Assembly: GCA_964036045.1 (NCBI GenBank)
Contig: OZ038378.1
Coordinates: forward strand, 14,942,001-15,006,000
Direction of reading: 5' to 3'
DNA: 64,000 nt
Origin: Eutreptiella sp. 'Long Island Sound 2002'
Lineage: Eukaryota; Protista; Euglenida
Below, in pieces: positions 10,589-23,368 of the stretch (position 1 is the first letter of the stretch; the number at the start of each line of letters is the position of its first letter). The notes beneath the pieces are model-generated. The model was not told the DNA's origin and did no database searches. It saw nothing but the letters and a program-made list of their open reading frames with translations. A program made the translations under genes and the position numbers.

Positions 10589-11935
10589 TCTAGAGAAAGT
10601 AATTCAAAGTGGCCCGCCAAAGTAAAAGGGATACAAGTGGCAGTGCCTCACAACACACTCTGCCCGACACGACAACACGGTTACCCCACATTTGTCATTG
10701 GTGCTGCTGAATGGCAGTGCCACAGAACCCCCATTTTCACAATCATCGTCGGAACCAACAGATTCAAGAAGGTGGTGCACTGCAGTGAGACTGGGGGGCT
10801 CCCCACTAGGAAGAATTTCTGGCTCTCACAACCCATGTCAAACCACCCCTGAAAAGACAACCTAACAGTTTCAGCTGTTGGATCCTATTAGGCTGTGGAA
10901 ACTTTTTAGATCACCCCCATACTTTCATGACCCCTGCATATGGCAGCTTGTGCAGTTTGCAGTTTTAACATTTGTCACCGTGTTTAGGTGCACCCGGAAG
11001 TTTTTTGGCTGGTGCAGGTGAAGGGCACTGCCACAAAAACCCCATTATCGCGACAATCATCAGAAATTACCCCCTCTCATTTTACGGCGCTAGCGCCGTA
11101 AATGTGTACCCACTACAGAACGACCCCCCCCCTGCCCATTGGTTGTGTTCACAGGTGTGTCCCGTAGGGCTTGTGTGGAAAGCGTTTGAGTTCACCCCCA
11201 TATCAGCATGATGCAACAAGAGGACTATGTAGGTTCCTCCCAATTTGTCCATCTCTGCCCTTCTCCGTCAGACAGGAAGCCAAGGAGGGGTGTAGTCTCT
11301 AGGGGTTCGGATATCCCTGCTTCATGACTGCTTCCCCTCCAAAAGTCTTGACTATTTATGGCGTCAGCACCGTAAACGCTCATGTCAGAAATGTGCCAAA
11401 CCGCCTACTATCCCCCCTTTGGCAATCCCTACACTTAATGGAAACATCCGTGGTGTTTACGGCACATTTCGCACTTGTGCGCCCCACGTTTACGGCGCTA
11501 CGCGTGCGCACAGTGCACCCCAAGTTATATGCAGAGAAGATGTGTGGTGCGGTTCCCAAGACAGAAATGCAGTGCGTGCCTTCCCCTCCACCATGGTGCA
11601 GTAGTACACCGGTTCTGCTTTCTGTGCAGCTCTATCTATAGCATAATCCCAAGCAACGGCCAAAAAGCGGCTGGCTGCCTTTGATAATGGTGCCCTGTGC
11701 GGCTCGAAACGACTTCACGCAGGATCTCCCAAGCGGAGTCCCGGGTGCGATGACTGGGAATAACAAACCCGCCCGAAATCTCTACCAAGGAGAAATCGCC
11801 AGGCAAATCTTGTAGTGCACCATTCCGCTTCTCACTCTTGTACACTGCGCGGAATGAAGTCAGGCAGTGTCCCCAAAGCAGATGATATCTGTCCGTTAGA
11901 CATCCACATTGCTTGTGCGATATTGTGTGGACCAG

Positions 11936-12569
11936 ATTCTATTGCCTTCGGCAGTGCACCTCGAAGAGAGGTTGACAGTCAGCCAATCAGTCCCTGAGCC
12001 AGCAAGCAGGCAGTCAGACAGATACACACAGTTTGGGTTTTTTGTCAGTAGCAGATACGGCCCCAAGCAGCAGGGAGGCCCTTCGCTGGAAAACAGGTAG
12101 TGGCCGAGTGGTAACGCAGCCCACCGGCATTCGTGTGGTCGGCGGTTCGAACCCCAGTCTGCCCACTTTGGCGCCGGCGGCGGCGCTAAAATTCGGCAAA
12201 CCGGGGTTCGAACCCACACCTGCATATCAGGAATCGGCTGCGTTACCATTGGACCGCTGGCCGTGTTAACAGCACCGTGCGTCCCCACTGCTTGTAGGCT
12301 ATTAAGCAAAAACTTTTGACCCCCCCCCCCCCACCCACCCCCCCCCTCCCACCCCCCCCCCAAAAAGTGATATCCAGTTTTAGGGGGTAGAGGCCTCAAA
12401 ATCAAAAAATCCATTGGGGGATGCTCTTATTGGGCAAAATAATGATTTTACAAGGGGTTGGACATCCAATATCATGCCTTGGGGTATGCTACGCGAATGA
12501 CCCCAAAAAAGGGGGGTATATGACGCCCGCGCCTGCGCTTGATCTAACAACCTCTCTTTGAGGTGATTT
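11936..12569. mobile_element. Non-autonomous element with asymmetric inverted termini (Helentron/Helitron2-like), copy 1
   Basis: The left end is ATTCTATTGCCTTCGGCAGTG followed by CACCTCGAAGAGAGGTTG (from 11957). The right end is CAACCTCTCTTTGAGGTG (to 12565) followed by ATTT, a 17/18 inverted match. The same termini recur many times in the window. Confidence 0.75.
12095..12263. other. Two degenerate tRNA-derived sequences in convergent (tail-to-tail) orientation inside the element
   Basis: The plus strand has an A-box-like TGGCCGAGTGGT (12101) and a B-box GGTTCGAACCC (12144). The minus strand has GGTCCAATGGT and GGTTCGAACCC. The anticodon arms do not fold canonically. Confidence 0.65.
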
Positions 12570-12599
12570 TTCATGGTCTTTCACCCTAGAAACTCGAAA

Positions 12600-13249
12600 G
12601 TTTGTGGTACCTTGGATCCATTCAGGTGGACTACAGGGTTGGGGGTACGCACGGCAAGTACAGAGCATCTTGTCATCAATGTACCGCAACAACGGTCCAC
12701 CATTTTCCAGTGGGACATGAACTTGCGCTTGCCCCTCTAGGGTGCCGGTGCTGCTGGGAAGGCACATGCGATAGAATGCAAATGCCCCAAAATAGTGGTG
12801 GTACAGTGCACGTGCACGACTCGCTTACAATTTGCACACTGTTGCTGCGAGCTGCTCAACGCCATATGGCAGCCAACACAAACACACGTGAAGCAGTGGA
12901 ACTACCCCACCACCATTGTGCCACAAAGTTCATGGTTGTTTTTATTGCAGCAAACACACTTCTTCAGATGACCACCGGATTGAGCATCAGAGTTGCCGCA
13001 TACTTTCCCGGCAGCACCCAACAAGCTAGTTAGTGATTGTGGTGTAGAGGGCTTGGCCGCGAGGTTCGCCGCAAGATTGGGGTCAAACGAGAAGCACCAA
13101 CCATTGCGGCCGCCACTGCGCTTGGCCTCCCTGTGCAGCTGAGTGTCATGTAGCTTGATGCCCTTCTCAGCCAAGAACCGAGTGGCCGTTGAAATGCCGC
13201 TGAAATGAAAAGCACCCTTGACGTCTTCTTTCAACCAAACCACAGGCAT
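12600..13249 (-). pseudogene. Decayed ORF with Cys/His (PHD-like) zinc-finger motifs
   Basis: CVCCNKNNHELCG...*FHCFTCVCVGC...QCANCKRVVHVHC contains an in-frame stop. The upstream FHFSGISTATRFL is weakly NUMOD1-HTH-like. Confidence 0.35.
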
Positions 13250-14099
13250 GGGGGCGAAACAAACTGGGGCAAGCAGAGTGATACAAGGAAAACCGTCAGT
13301 CTTTCACAACAATGATATATGGAAAAAAGAAACTCACCAAGAAGGGCCCAAAAAAAATTGAAAAACCTCCACCTCATGGACCACCCCAGCTGTGTGAATG
13401 TTTTGTCTAGGCACAAAAACACTAAAAAAAAACCAAAAAACGGTTCTGGACGCCACTACCCCTCCCCCCAACTAACTGTTGGCCGGAGGCCCCTTGGGGG
13501 GGGGGGTTCAAGGAGGGGCGAAGGGGGGGGTCTAGGAGGGGCTTGGGGGGGGGCTCCGGGAGGGTCGGTTGGGGGGCGGGGGGTCCAGGTGGGGCGAATT
13601 GGGGTGGTGGTGGGGGGGGGGGGATCCAGGTGGGGCGATTTGGGGTGTTGGGGGGGGGGGGGGGGGACAGGTTCCCCTTACCTCCCCTTGCCCTCCCTCT
13701 AACCATACCATCACCATAAACCTAACCCTAACCTTAGCAGCCATATAGTATGGCCATGCCAGCCATGTTGATTGGGCTGAACAAGATGCCCCAAATTTCG
13801 TTCATGGCTGCTTTTGCCACATCATTGCCCTCCATTTTGGACCCCAGCACTCATTCTGACCCTAGCCTAGGGTGAGAGCCAGGGCTAGAGTGAGGGTCAC
13901 TGAGCTGGTGGAACCAGTCTTGGTTTTATAACCCTTTTTAGTGTCTAGGGTGGACCTACCAGGTTTAGCAGCAAGCAGCAGCAAGCAGCAGCACGCGCGA
14001 AATGGGTAAAAATCACAACTCCGTCGTGGTGCTTCAGATTCGGGTGAAATTTTGGTGGATGATACCTATGGGTGTGAAGTACAATCACATAAAGTTTGA

Positions 14100-14700
14100 G
14101 CAAGAAACTCGACGGTGGCGGCCGGGAACGGGATTCGCAAGTGGCAGCCCTCAGTTTCAAAAACTGCAGTTTAGGGCCAAAAACAGCCATTTTTGGGCCA
14201 AAAAGGCCCTGGAACACATTCAAAACGGCCAAACGAAGGGAAACGGTGGGTACACTCAACGTGCGGCTTGACTTTCCCGTGTCAACGAGCTCTTTGCGGC
14301 CCTCTAACTCCATGATATGTCCCGGAAACAGCCCAAAAAGGCCCCCAGAAGCTCCAAATGCCGACAGCCACAAACCAAGAATAGGCCATATCTTTGGCTA
14401 CATGGCTCAAAATGCGATTCTGAGGGCACCTACTCCATCCGCAACCCCCCACTTTTTGTGGTTTCCACCCCTCAGAATTGCCCAAACGGACGCCTAGACC
14501 CCAATACCTAGGCCCACTAGGTTGCGGCAAGCTGCAAGCTCAAGCCCAAACAGGTGGGTGCCCAAATGGGTCAACAGGGTCCAGTAGGGGCAAAAAGATG
14601 ACGTTTCTCAAAAATGATCCTAGACCATGTGCGACGCTAAAAAAAGTGTTTTTGGACCGTTTTGAGCTTGTGGTGCCCCATTTTGGTCATCCGAAAATCC
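14100..14700 (+). repeat. Interspersed repeat family; second copy at about 35560-36130
   Basis: Colinear blocks are shared between the copies, for example ACACTC(A/C)ACGTGCGGC(T/C)TGACTTT, GGCTAC(A/G)TGGCTCAAAATGC(G/A)ATTC(T/C)GAGGGCACC and AAAAATGATCCTAGAC. Confidence 0.75.
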
Positions 14701-15115
14701 CAAAATGCCTTGAAAATGGGCTGTTCTGGGACCAAAAATGGGTCAAAAATGGGTCAAAAACCCATTTTTCCAAACCTCATCCTAGACCATTTGGGTTGCA
14801 CAAACGGGTGAAATGAGCCCATTTTTGGGCCCATTTTGGGGCATTTTGGCCCCTCAGAAGTCCAAAAAGCCTTGAAAGTGGGCCTCATGGTGATGGGGTT
14901 CACTTGCAAGCTGATTTCACTTTGTCAAGAGCCATCAATGTGTGAATCATTCTTGATGTCCCTCACCAGTCATAGCGGATGTTCCCTCCCCCACCAGCTC
15001 GGTCCCAATATTCAGTCTTGATTAGGTGTAGGGATAGGAGTAGGCTGAGGGTTGGGGGTGGGCGTTAGAGTCAAGGTTGGGTTCAAGGATAGTGTTGGGG
15101 TGCAAATTGGACAAA

Positions 15116-15717
15116 ATTCTATTGCCTTCGGCAGTGCACCTCGAAGAGAGGCTGACAGTCAGCCAATCAGTCCCTTAGCCAGGCCAGCAGTCAGTCAGAA
15201 AGAAACACACAGTTTGGGTTTTTGTCACTGGCAGTCGCGGTCCCAAGTAGTGGGGAGACCCTTCACCTCAGACCAAGCGGTGGCCGAATGGTAATGCAGT
15301 TGACTGCAGCCTTTTTGGTCGGCGAATCGAACCCTGGTTGGGGGAATACGGCGCTGCCGCCGCCGCCAACAGTCGGCCGACCAGGATTCGAACCGCCGAC
15401 CGAAAACTTTGCGTCAGCTGCGTTACCATTCGACCAGCGGTTGTGTGACAGCAATCCGCTTCCCCACTGCCTGGAGCCTTCTGAGCGAAAACTTTTGACC
15501 CCCCCCCAAAAAAAAGTGATATCCAGTTTTAGGGGATAGAGGCCTCAGAATCAAAAAATCCATTGGGGGATGGTCTTATTGGGCAAAATAATGATTTTAC
15601 AAGGGGTTGGACATCCAATATCATGCCTTGGGGTATGCTACGCAAATGACCCCCAAAAGGGGGGTAGACGACGCCCGCGCCTGCGCTTGATCTAACAACC
15701 TCTCTTCGGGGTGATTT
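15116..15717. mobile_element. Asymmetric-terminus element, copy 2 (with a convergent tRNA-like pair at 15272-15443)
   Basis: Same left (ATTCTATTGCCTTCGGCAGTGCACCTCGAAGAGAGG) and right (GATCTAACAACCTCTCTTCGGGGTGATTT) ends as copy 1, with a colinear interior. An extra right-hand module follows at 15971-16194. Confidence 0.75.
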
Positions 15718-16829
15718 TCCTTAGGGCGCCTTTGGTGTTCATGGAGCATTGGGCGCCTTAGGCGCCCATGGACGCCTGAGGGCAACACCTCTGGCAACTA
15801 ACTGTTGGCCGAAGGCCCGGGGGGGGGGGGGTAGTTGGCGTCCTAGGACCCGCGGAGTCGCCCCCCCCCCCCCGGGACCACGGGCAAGAAACAAAAAAAA
15901 ACAAAAAAACAGAAAACAGTGTTTTTTGACCAAAAACAGGTGACCAGTCCAGCGATCACCACGTGGTTGCTTTTGACCCCCCCCCCCCAAAGTGAGATCT
16001 AGTTTCAGGGGATAGAGGCCTCAGAATCAAAAAATCCATTGGGGGATTGTCTTATGGAGCAAAATAATGATTTTACAAGGGGTTGGACATCAAATATCAT
16101 GCCTTGGGGTATGCTACGCAAATGACCCCCCAAAGGGGGGGTACATGATGCCCGCGCCTGCGCTTGATCTAACAACCTCTCTTCCAGGTGATTTTCTGAT
16201 GGCAGTCTGTGAGATTTCTGTCAGATTTCTGTCAATTGCTGTCAGATTTTTGAATGCACAAACCTGATAGCCGTTCACCAATGCCACATCCTTTAAGCAA
16301 ATCCCACCACACAGCCCTAGAGTTGCAGTAGTTTGGCACTCCCCACACACACCACGTTGCACATAACGCACATATGGGTGACAGCGCACAGCACTGCAGC
16401 TCTTTGCATGGCTACAATCAGGTGATCATCTTTTAGGGTGTCCATTTTTGCCAATGCCATGGTCTGCTGTCAGGAATTTGACAGTCAGAATCAACAACAA
16501 AGCCCTACTCTCATGACACCAAAAGAAAGGACGCATGAAGAGAACACAACAACCCTCCAAAAAATGAATGTGCAAAACAGCAAACAAAACACCCTCTTCA
16601 GCACTCCCTCTGTTTGGGTGCGCCAGTTTCACCACCTAAGTTGCTATACCAAGGGCCACATTTCACCCATTCCGGGCATGCAAGAAGCGCACCACATTGT
16701 GCAGGAAATCAGGTACTAAGGGGCACAGTTGCCCTTCCCCGCCCCTAGTGTAAATACAGCCTTCCTCAGAGACACGGATACCGCAGTTGGACAACACCGT
16801 GCCCACATGCCATGAGCAGATATTTCACA

Positions 16830-17440
16830 CCAGCAAAGCTGAGTGTACACCACTCACCGTGCCCAATGCAGTGCAGCCTGTGCAGAGAAGGGTTGCATGT
16901 TGAGTGTGCTGTAATGAGCAGAAACAACTTTCATACACAACCAAGCCAAAACAAACACCTCAGAAACAAGGGAACCAAGCATCAAGCAATCATTGTGGTG
17001 CCGACAGATCAGGATGCTTAGATGTCTGAGGTCGGTGCTGTTGGAAAGGCGATGGCTTCGCGAAGTTCTCAGCCACACCCGGAACAATTTTCGAGGTTCA
17101 GGCCAGTACTCAGGGTCTGTCACAGCGGCCCCGTGAGAGCCACAATCAAATTTGGAGCCAGACCAAAAGAAGAGACTCCGACGCACATTCGCGGAATGCA
17201 GTCAGCAAATGAATCCGGACAGGACACCAACAAACACCCACAGACAACAGGCCGACTTGTCGGCATACATTGCCGGTTCCATTCGGTTGAAGAAGGCTGA
17301 CTCGACCCCAATTGCAAAACCCAGAACCATTGAACACCGGTGCACCCTCTCTGGATTTCCGGCACTGGGCTGCCCCGTCATCAACGTGCTGGGGTACCTG
17401 TACGGCACCGGCAAGCTCTTTGCTGGATAACATGTGCTGA
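16830..17440 (+). pseudogene. Decayed coding-like remnant beginning with a PHD-like motif
   Basis: MQCSLCREGLHVECA (CxxCx4HxxC) is followed by interrupted frames. The product is not identifiable by eye. Confidence 0.25.
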
Positions 17441-18670
17441 GGCGGCCAACACTGCTTCATGCAACCGCAGGGGATGTGCAGTGGTGCACGTCAGCTTGCA
17501 CTGTGTCTCTGGTGGCGTCGCAGTCTGCTGTCATGCAAAGACCATGCTGGACATGCCTGCCTTGGAGCGCATCCTCAACCAATCCAGCGATCCCTGTGCT
17601 CAATCTCAGCAGCACACGTGACAAGATCCTCGCGCAGGCCGTGGCACAGTGCTTATGAAGTGGTCCCCTGCTGCCTCCCCATGAGCACGCCTTCGCAGTA
17701 CTGTGTTGGCGTCAATATTAGACAGGTGCACACTGGCCACTCGTCCAGTGCCGCCACCGCGATCCAGCGCAACGAGGCCCTCCACAGCGCAGCCGAGACC
17801 CCTTGAAAGTGGCTCTCACCTGCTTTGCCCCAGCACTACGAGAATTGCACGCATCCAAGAGGGAGCTGCCAGGACAGCTTGTACAGCTTGTACACCAACT
17901 CTTCCTACAGGGGGCTGGGCCTTCTGTGTGTTTTGGGGGGAGGTCCAGGGAGATTACCCCTGGGGGAGGGGGTTTCCTACAAAATGATCATGACATTGAG
18001 CGGATTGAGTTGAGGTATATGTGTTGGGATGGAAAAATTTGTTACCGGCCAACGGGGGAAGGGTTTCTGGCCACCGGGTACCCATGGCATTGGTGTTCAA
18101 AGGCATAATGCCCCAGATCAACTCCCAAACCCTCTGCCAAGGCCAAATCATGGTTGCATGGGGACGATGGTGTAGTTGAGGTACGTTGCGAAGCGTGGAT
18201 TCATGGCCACACATCCCCTGTTGTATTGGCGCTACAGCCATCAAAAGCAGGGATGCAATTTTCATGCAGAGTTGAAATGCAGCCTTTTGAGCAGACACAA
18301 GTGGAGTGCAAAAACTTTCAGCACTGTCCGGTGCGTGTGGCCTGTGTGCCATACGCATACAAATGCCAACTTTCTGGGGGACGGCGGAGGTCGGCATGGA
18401 CAGCCCGGACCTGCCCCCCCCCCACCTGATGCCACCACCCGCCACCATGGAGAAACAGAAACTATGGGCCAAAAACAGCGGCTTGGTGGATCTCCGTGAC
18501 CCAGGTAGGCCTGGGTGAAGGAAGGTCTGGTCAAGATCTTGGTGAATAGTGAGAATTCAATTGACGCCACCGACTGCCAGGATAGCAGCAAGATTGGAGG
18601 GTTTTGTGCCAAACTCCCCCCCATCCCTGCCGCTACTCTCATCTCGAGTCCTGATGGGGAGCCCCACAAA

Positions 18671-20946
18671 ATTCTATTGCCTTCGGCAAGGCACCTCCAA
18701 GAGACGCTAGCGGTCTATCTGGGTCCCCTAGGGTGCTTGAGTACCCGTATTGTCACCAAATGATCACCCAAACCCATCCTAGCGGCGGCAGAAGGGTTTC
18801 AGAAAAAGTCGAAATTTCACATGCCACAAAGCAGTCCAAACAATAGCAATTTCGGGGCTGTTGGGGGGCCCATGGCTTGGGCTACACATGCCTAGCAGCC
18901 ACTAGGTGGGTTCCCATGGGTGCTTGAGTGCCCACATTGTCACCAAATGACCACCCAAACCATCCCAAAGGCAACAGGAGGGTTTTGGAAAACGTCGAAT
19001 TTTCGAAAATTCTATTGCCTTTAGCAAGCCCACGTCGCAAAGAATCTCCCCTAAGCAATGAACCTCCAGGTGGCTGGTTTGCCATCATCCATCAAATCCA
19101 TCAGCATCGTGGCTCCCCATGGCTTTATATGTACTCCCATGGTTACCAAATCATCACCCAACGACAACTCAAGGGCCCCCAGGGGTTGTTGGAGGTCACC
19201 CAAAAGAATTGCCATTTTTTAGCCAACCCGTGTCAGCCTAAAAACAGCTGAGTACTCACCAATGGGGCCCCAGGTTAGGGTTAGGCCCTATAAGGGGGCC
19301 AATGTGGAAAACTTGGATAGCACCCGGACCCCTATCATTGGCTAGGGGGTCCATAGAATGCAAAAGTGTAATGGGACCTCGGTCCGAATCGATGCACAGT
19401 GGGCGCTAAACGCCAACCAACTTGTGCCCTTGTAGTGGAAACAAGCCCAAAACGGCGCTTTCGAGGGCCAATAAACCACACTAAGAGGGCCCAGCTGGTG
19501 CTACATGGCCCGCCATGGCTTTATATGCACACCCATTATCACCAAATAATAACCCAACAATAGCCCAAGGGCCCTCGGGGTGGTCACAGGCTGCCAAGGA
19601 ATCGCCATTTTTCAGCCAACCCATGCCAGTATGAAAAGGGCTAATTCCTCACCCATGGGGCCCTATAGGGGCGTCAATCTAGGAAAATTTGGAGATAGCA
19701 CCCACGGCCCGTATCATTGGCTAGGGGGTCCATATAGATGAAGAAAGTGGAAGGGGACTCGGGTCTGAGTCGACGCACAATGGCGGCTATGGGCCAACCA
19801 ACTTTCGCACACTGTCGTGCAAACAAGCCCAAATGATCACCCGGGGGTCTGTTTTTTATCCCCCCCAAACCCCCCCAAACCCCCCCCCAAAAAGTGGGTT
19901 TCAAGTGTGTGGGTGTGGGTGTGGGTGTGGGTGTGGGGGGGGGGGGGGGCTAGGGGGGTCCCAACCAAAAAAAACTCATTGGGTGATGTGTTCAGAGGCC
20001 AAAATAATGATTTGACAAAGGGTTAAACCAACAATTCAACCCCAAGGTAGGGTACGTGAATAGGCCCAAAAAGGGGGTGGTGGGTATGTGGAGTTTTCCA
20101 AGACATGCAAGCCTGCATGGCTTTGATCTAATAACCTCTGGTGATTTTCAGCCGATGCCTGCAAGCCTGAAACCGGCTAAGTCCTCACCGGCAAGGGTCC
20201 ATAGAGGGGGGCCGACCGGGGGTAGCCGGAGTTCAGACCTGGGGACCCCGCTGTTGGTTAGCGGGGTCCATATACAAGAAAAACCTTCTTCAAGACCTAG
20301 GTCTTAATCAGCACACAGGCCTTTTTGGGTCGAAAATCACGAATCACTTTTCGTTGTTTTTCGATTTTGAGCCGAAAAAGTGTTTTCGGGCCCCAACCCC
20401 ATAGGGTTTGTGTGGGTGCAGGGGGGGGAGTGCTGATGCAAGTTATGCAGTTTTCAGCCATTTTTGCAATGTCGGCGTTTTTGGCGACCTTAGTGAATCT
20501 GTGGTACCTACTCTGAGGGGTGCAACTGGGGATGCTGTGACAGTATATGTCGACTATGATACCAGGAAATTCTTTTGCAGCCTCTAGCCTCGCCTCGGGC
20601 CGGTCATGGCCTGTGTGAAAGACACAAAAAATCACCGTTTCCACTAAAACTGGCCCACATGTGTCTGGTGAAAAATGCACTTTTTTCCGGTGACCCTTGA
20701 CGGTCCTCAAGGGCACTTGGGCTGTTGTTGGTGGTACAATCAGGGGTACCCAGGTACGGGGGGGGGGGGGGTTCAAAATCGAAAAATTCATTGGGGGATT
20801 TATTCCGAAATTGATGATTTTACAATGGGTTAGACGTCCAATATCATGCTCTGGGGTATGGTGCGTGAATGACCCCCCAAAAGGGGGGGGGACGAATATG
20901 GCGCCCACGCCTGCGCTTGATCTAACAACCTCTCTTCGAGGTGATT
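18671..20946. mobile_element. Long member or composite of the asymmetric-terminus family
   Basis: The family left end is at 18671, with a variant at about 19010. Right ends are at about 20139 (degenerate) and 20943. There is an internal ~395-bp imperfect tandem duplication (19140-19760), and interior blocks are shared with 31004-33210. Confidence 0.55.
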
Positions 20947-23266
20947 TTGACCACGGCCCTTTCACGGGAAAACAGGGTTTGGCACTTCGCCAACCGGACG
21001 GTGACGGCCGGCAGGTGGTTCGTCAACCAACAGCAGTTCAGGATGCACCAACCAAGAAACAGCTGGTAGCCAAGCGACACTGCGGCTGGTAACTGTGGGG
21101 CGGTTGGTGATTCAACAACACCCGTTGGCTGGTAACCAGCAGCCCCGTAGGCGATCCCCCGTCGAAAAAAATTCTCTTCCTGGTGCCCGATGGGCAGCTA
21201 CCATCTTGACCACGCGCACGCCTTGGTGACCTGAAGGATTGAAGCCCTTCCCCTGATGACAAGGATCCAGTGGTACAGCGGTGAGTGTGCTCAGGGCCGT
21301 CTTAGGAACCAGAACTTTGATTTTCGGGGAGAGATTACTACGGTGGCTCCCTGACCAACGCCAGGACGCTGTCCGCACCCCAACCATGTCCGTTTATCCG
21401 TTTCTTCCAGTGCATCCAGATTGTTATTCCCGTCCACATGGAGGAGGGGCAGCGGTATTGGTCCTGTGCCCCAGCGTGCACAGGTTCTGGAAAGCACAAA
21501 CTTTCCAGCGACCTCCCTTGTCCCTGACTTCGGCTGTCGGGCTGAATGGCGGCAGCTCCAAACAGACCGTGCCTGTGCCAGACAGCGGAGCCAGTGGTCT
21601 GGCAGCAGCAAAGGGCACATGAGGGGCGCAGGCAGGGACCCTTTAGCGGTCAGCGCTCCTTTGCCTGCAACCGCCCATCGTCCATGTGGGCGCATGGACG
21701 CACAGCATTGCTGTCCCCACACCGTATCACTGCGCAATGTTTTGCAGCAATCCAGACCCGCGGGTCACAGGGGCATGTCCTCACGGCCTGTGTCAAGCCG
21801 GGACCCTGCACTGCGAGCCGGCCGAGAGCGGGGTCACTCCGATGGAGCACTGCGCTGGGCAGGGCGACGTACAGCTCAATGGCGTAGGCATCTCCACCTC
21901 CCACCGCCCCACTCACTACCACAATCCAATCGGCGGCAATTCACTGGCAATGCGCGCTGAACCACTTCGCGCGCCGCACCCACTCCCCCGCACGACAGGG
22001 CGCCCTGATGTGCGTGTATGGGGCCCAGAATCGTCGCCCATATCATTGAACGTTGGCCGGCTCTGAAATTGCGTCGCGCATACTCCGATAGTGCGCACTC
22101 CCCCTCCGGCAATCTTCGGCGATCTCTCCCCTGGCGAGCAAACACATAGAGGCACAACTATCAAGACAGCGTGCCGGCCCTGTTCATGGGGTCCGGCTTT
22201 GCCCGTGTGAAAATGCGGGTCGCACGCAACCCTCTTTCGGAGCAATGGGGGGTCGCAGAACATTTTGTGGCAGGCTCACTGTGCACTTGACCAGTGTCAA
22301 GTGGACCGACACCTGGTGTACTCTCCCTACTCCACTTGCCAATCCGTGTGGCCTGGAAATTGACAAATCGCTACACGTAACCATGGGATAGTCACGAATC
22401 TTACTGACGACACTCCCAAATACCATCCCTTCCAAGATACACCCAAGAAGAAGCAAGTTTGACTCAATGAATCCTTGCACTCGGCTACTACAGTGTTCTC
22501 GTGCACGGAGGGCACAGACCTGTGGCAGACAGACACGCATCGCAGACAAAACAGTACAACCCAACTTCGCAGGAGTCCCGTCACAGATAGTGCCTTTGCT
22601 GTTTGAATGTTGAGGGTTGAGCACTGGAGAAGGCTGTGGTGCGGTGCTTGAGGTGCAGTGCTGTATGCAGAGGTGGTGTTGATTGCTGTGCTGCAAGTGG
22701 TGGTCTTTGCAGCAGAAGTGGGGGAAGTGAGCAGCAGCATCCGCCTTGCGTGGGGGGCCCGATCTTCCAGTGCCAAGGGGGCAGGGGCAGGGGTGGGGGG
22801 AGGGTGACTGACTGCACTCGTAGGAAGGGATGTGTGCCTCAGCATCGCGAGAGTCTGTGCGAACCGCCCTCCCCCTCCCCCCGGGCAACTGGTTCTGTAC
22901 TACAGGTCTGCACTCATTGACACAGAGGCTAAAACGAGGCCCAACAAATGGGACTGCCTCACCCCATGACATATGGCATCCCCCCCCCCCAAAAAGACCT
23001 TGATGTTCTTGAGGCCCCCATCACTTCCCCACGGCTGAATGGCAGTGTGAGCAACAGCCCGAGAACCGCCCAATGGAGCAGGTCATGAAATGGAGTATGC
23101 CCAATGCTTTGTGACACTGGCAGGTCACCATCCACCATCGACGGGCAACGGTCCACCACCAATACACGCGTTCAGACCTTCGGGAAGAGGAAACATTGTC
23201 CAGTGTGCAATGCCCTGCCCACTCCCCACGCGTCGCCAACGAAGGGAATGCCGCAACCTCCACACG

Positions 23267-23368
23267 CTATCCACTGTCCTTCGGCAATCTGGACGCCACG
23301 TCCTGCAATATCTTTAACATCTCGTCGGGGTCGGGGCGCTGGGACTCCTCCATACTCAACGCCCTCTC
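23267..23368 (-). CDS. Secretory-pathway kinase, exon 5 of 5 (C-terminal helices and stop)
   Basis: The acceptor CTCTGTGTGTCCGCAG| is phase 0. ERALSMEESQRPDPDEMLKILQDVASRLPKDSG* has the kinase subdomain XI 'RP..EML' pattern. The spliced CDS totals 1194 nt, or 397 aa plus stop. Confidence 0.75.
   Translation of the reverse strand, partial: ERALSMEESQRPDPDEMLKILQDVASRLPKDSG

Noticed and set aside
12095-15443. Functional tRNA genes
   Set aside because: A/B boxes are present, but the anticodon and acceptor arms are degenerate, the copies differ strongly, and they sit inside a repeat family.
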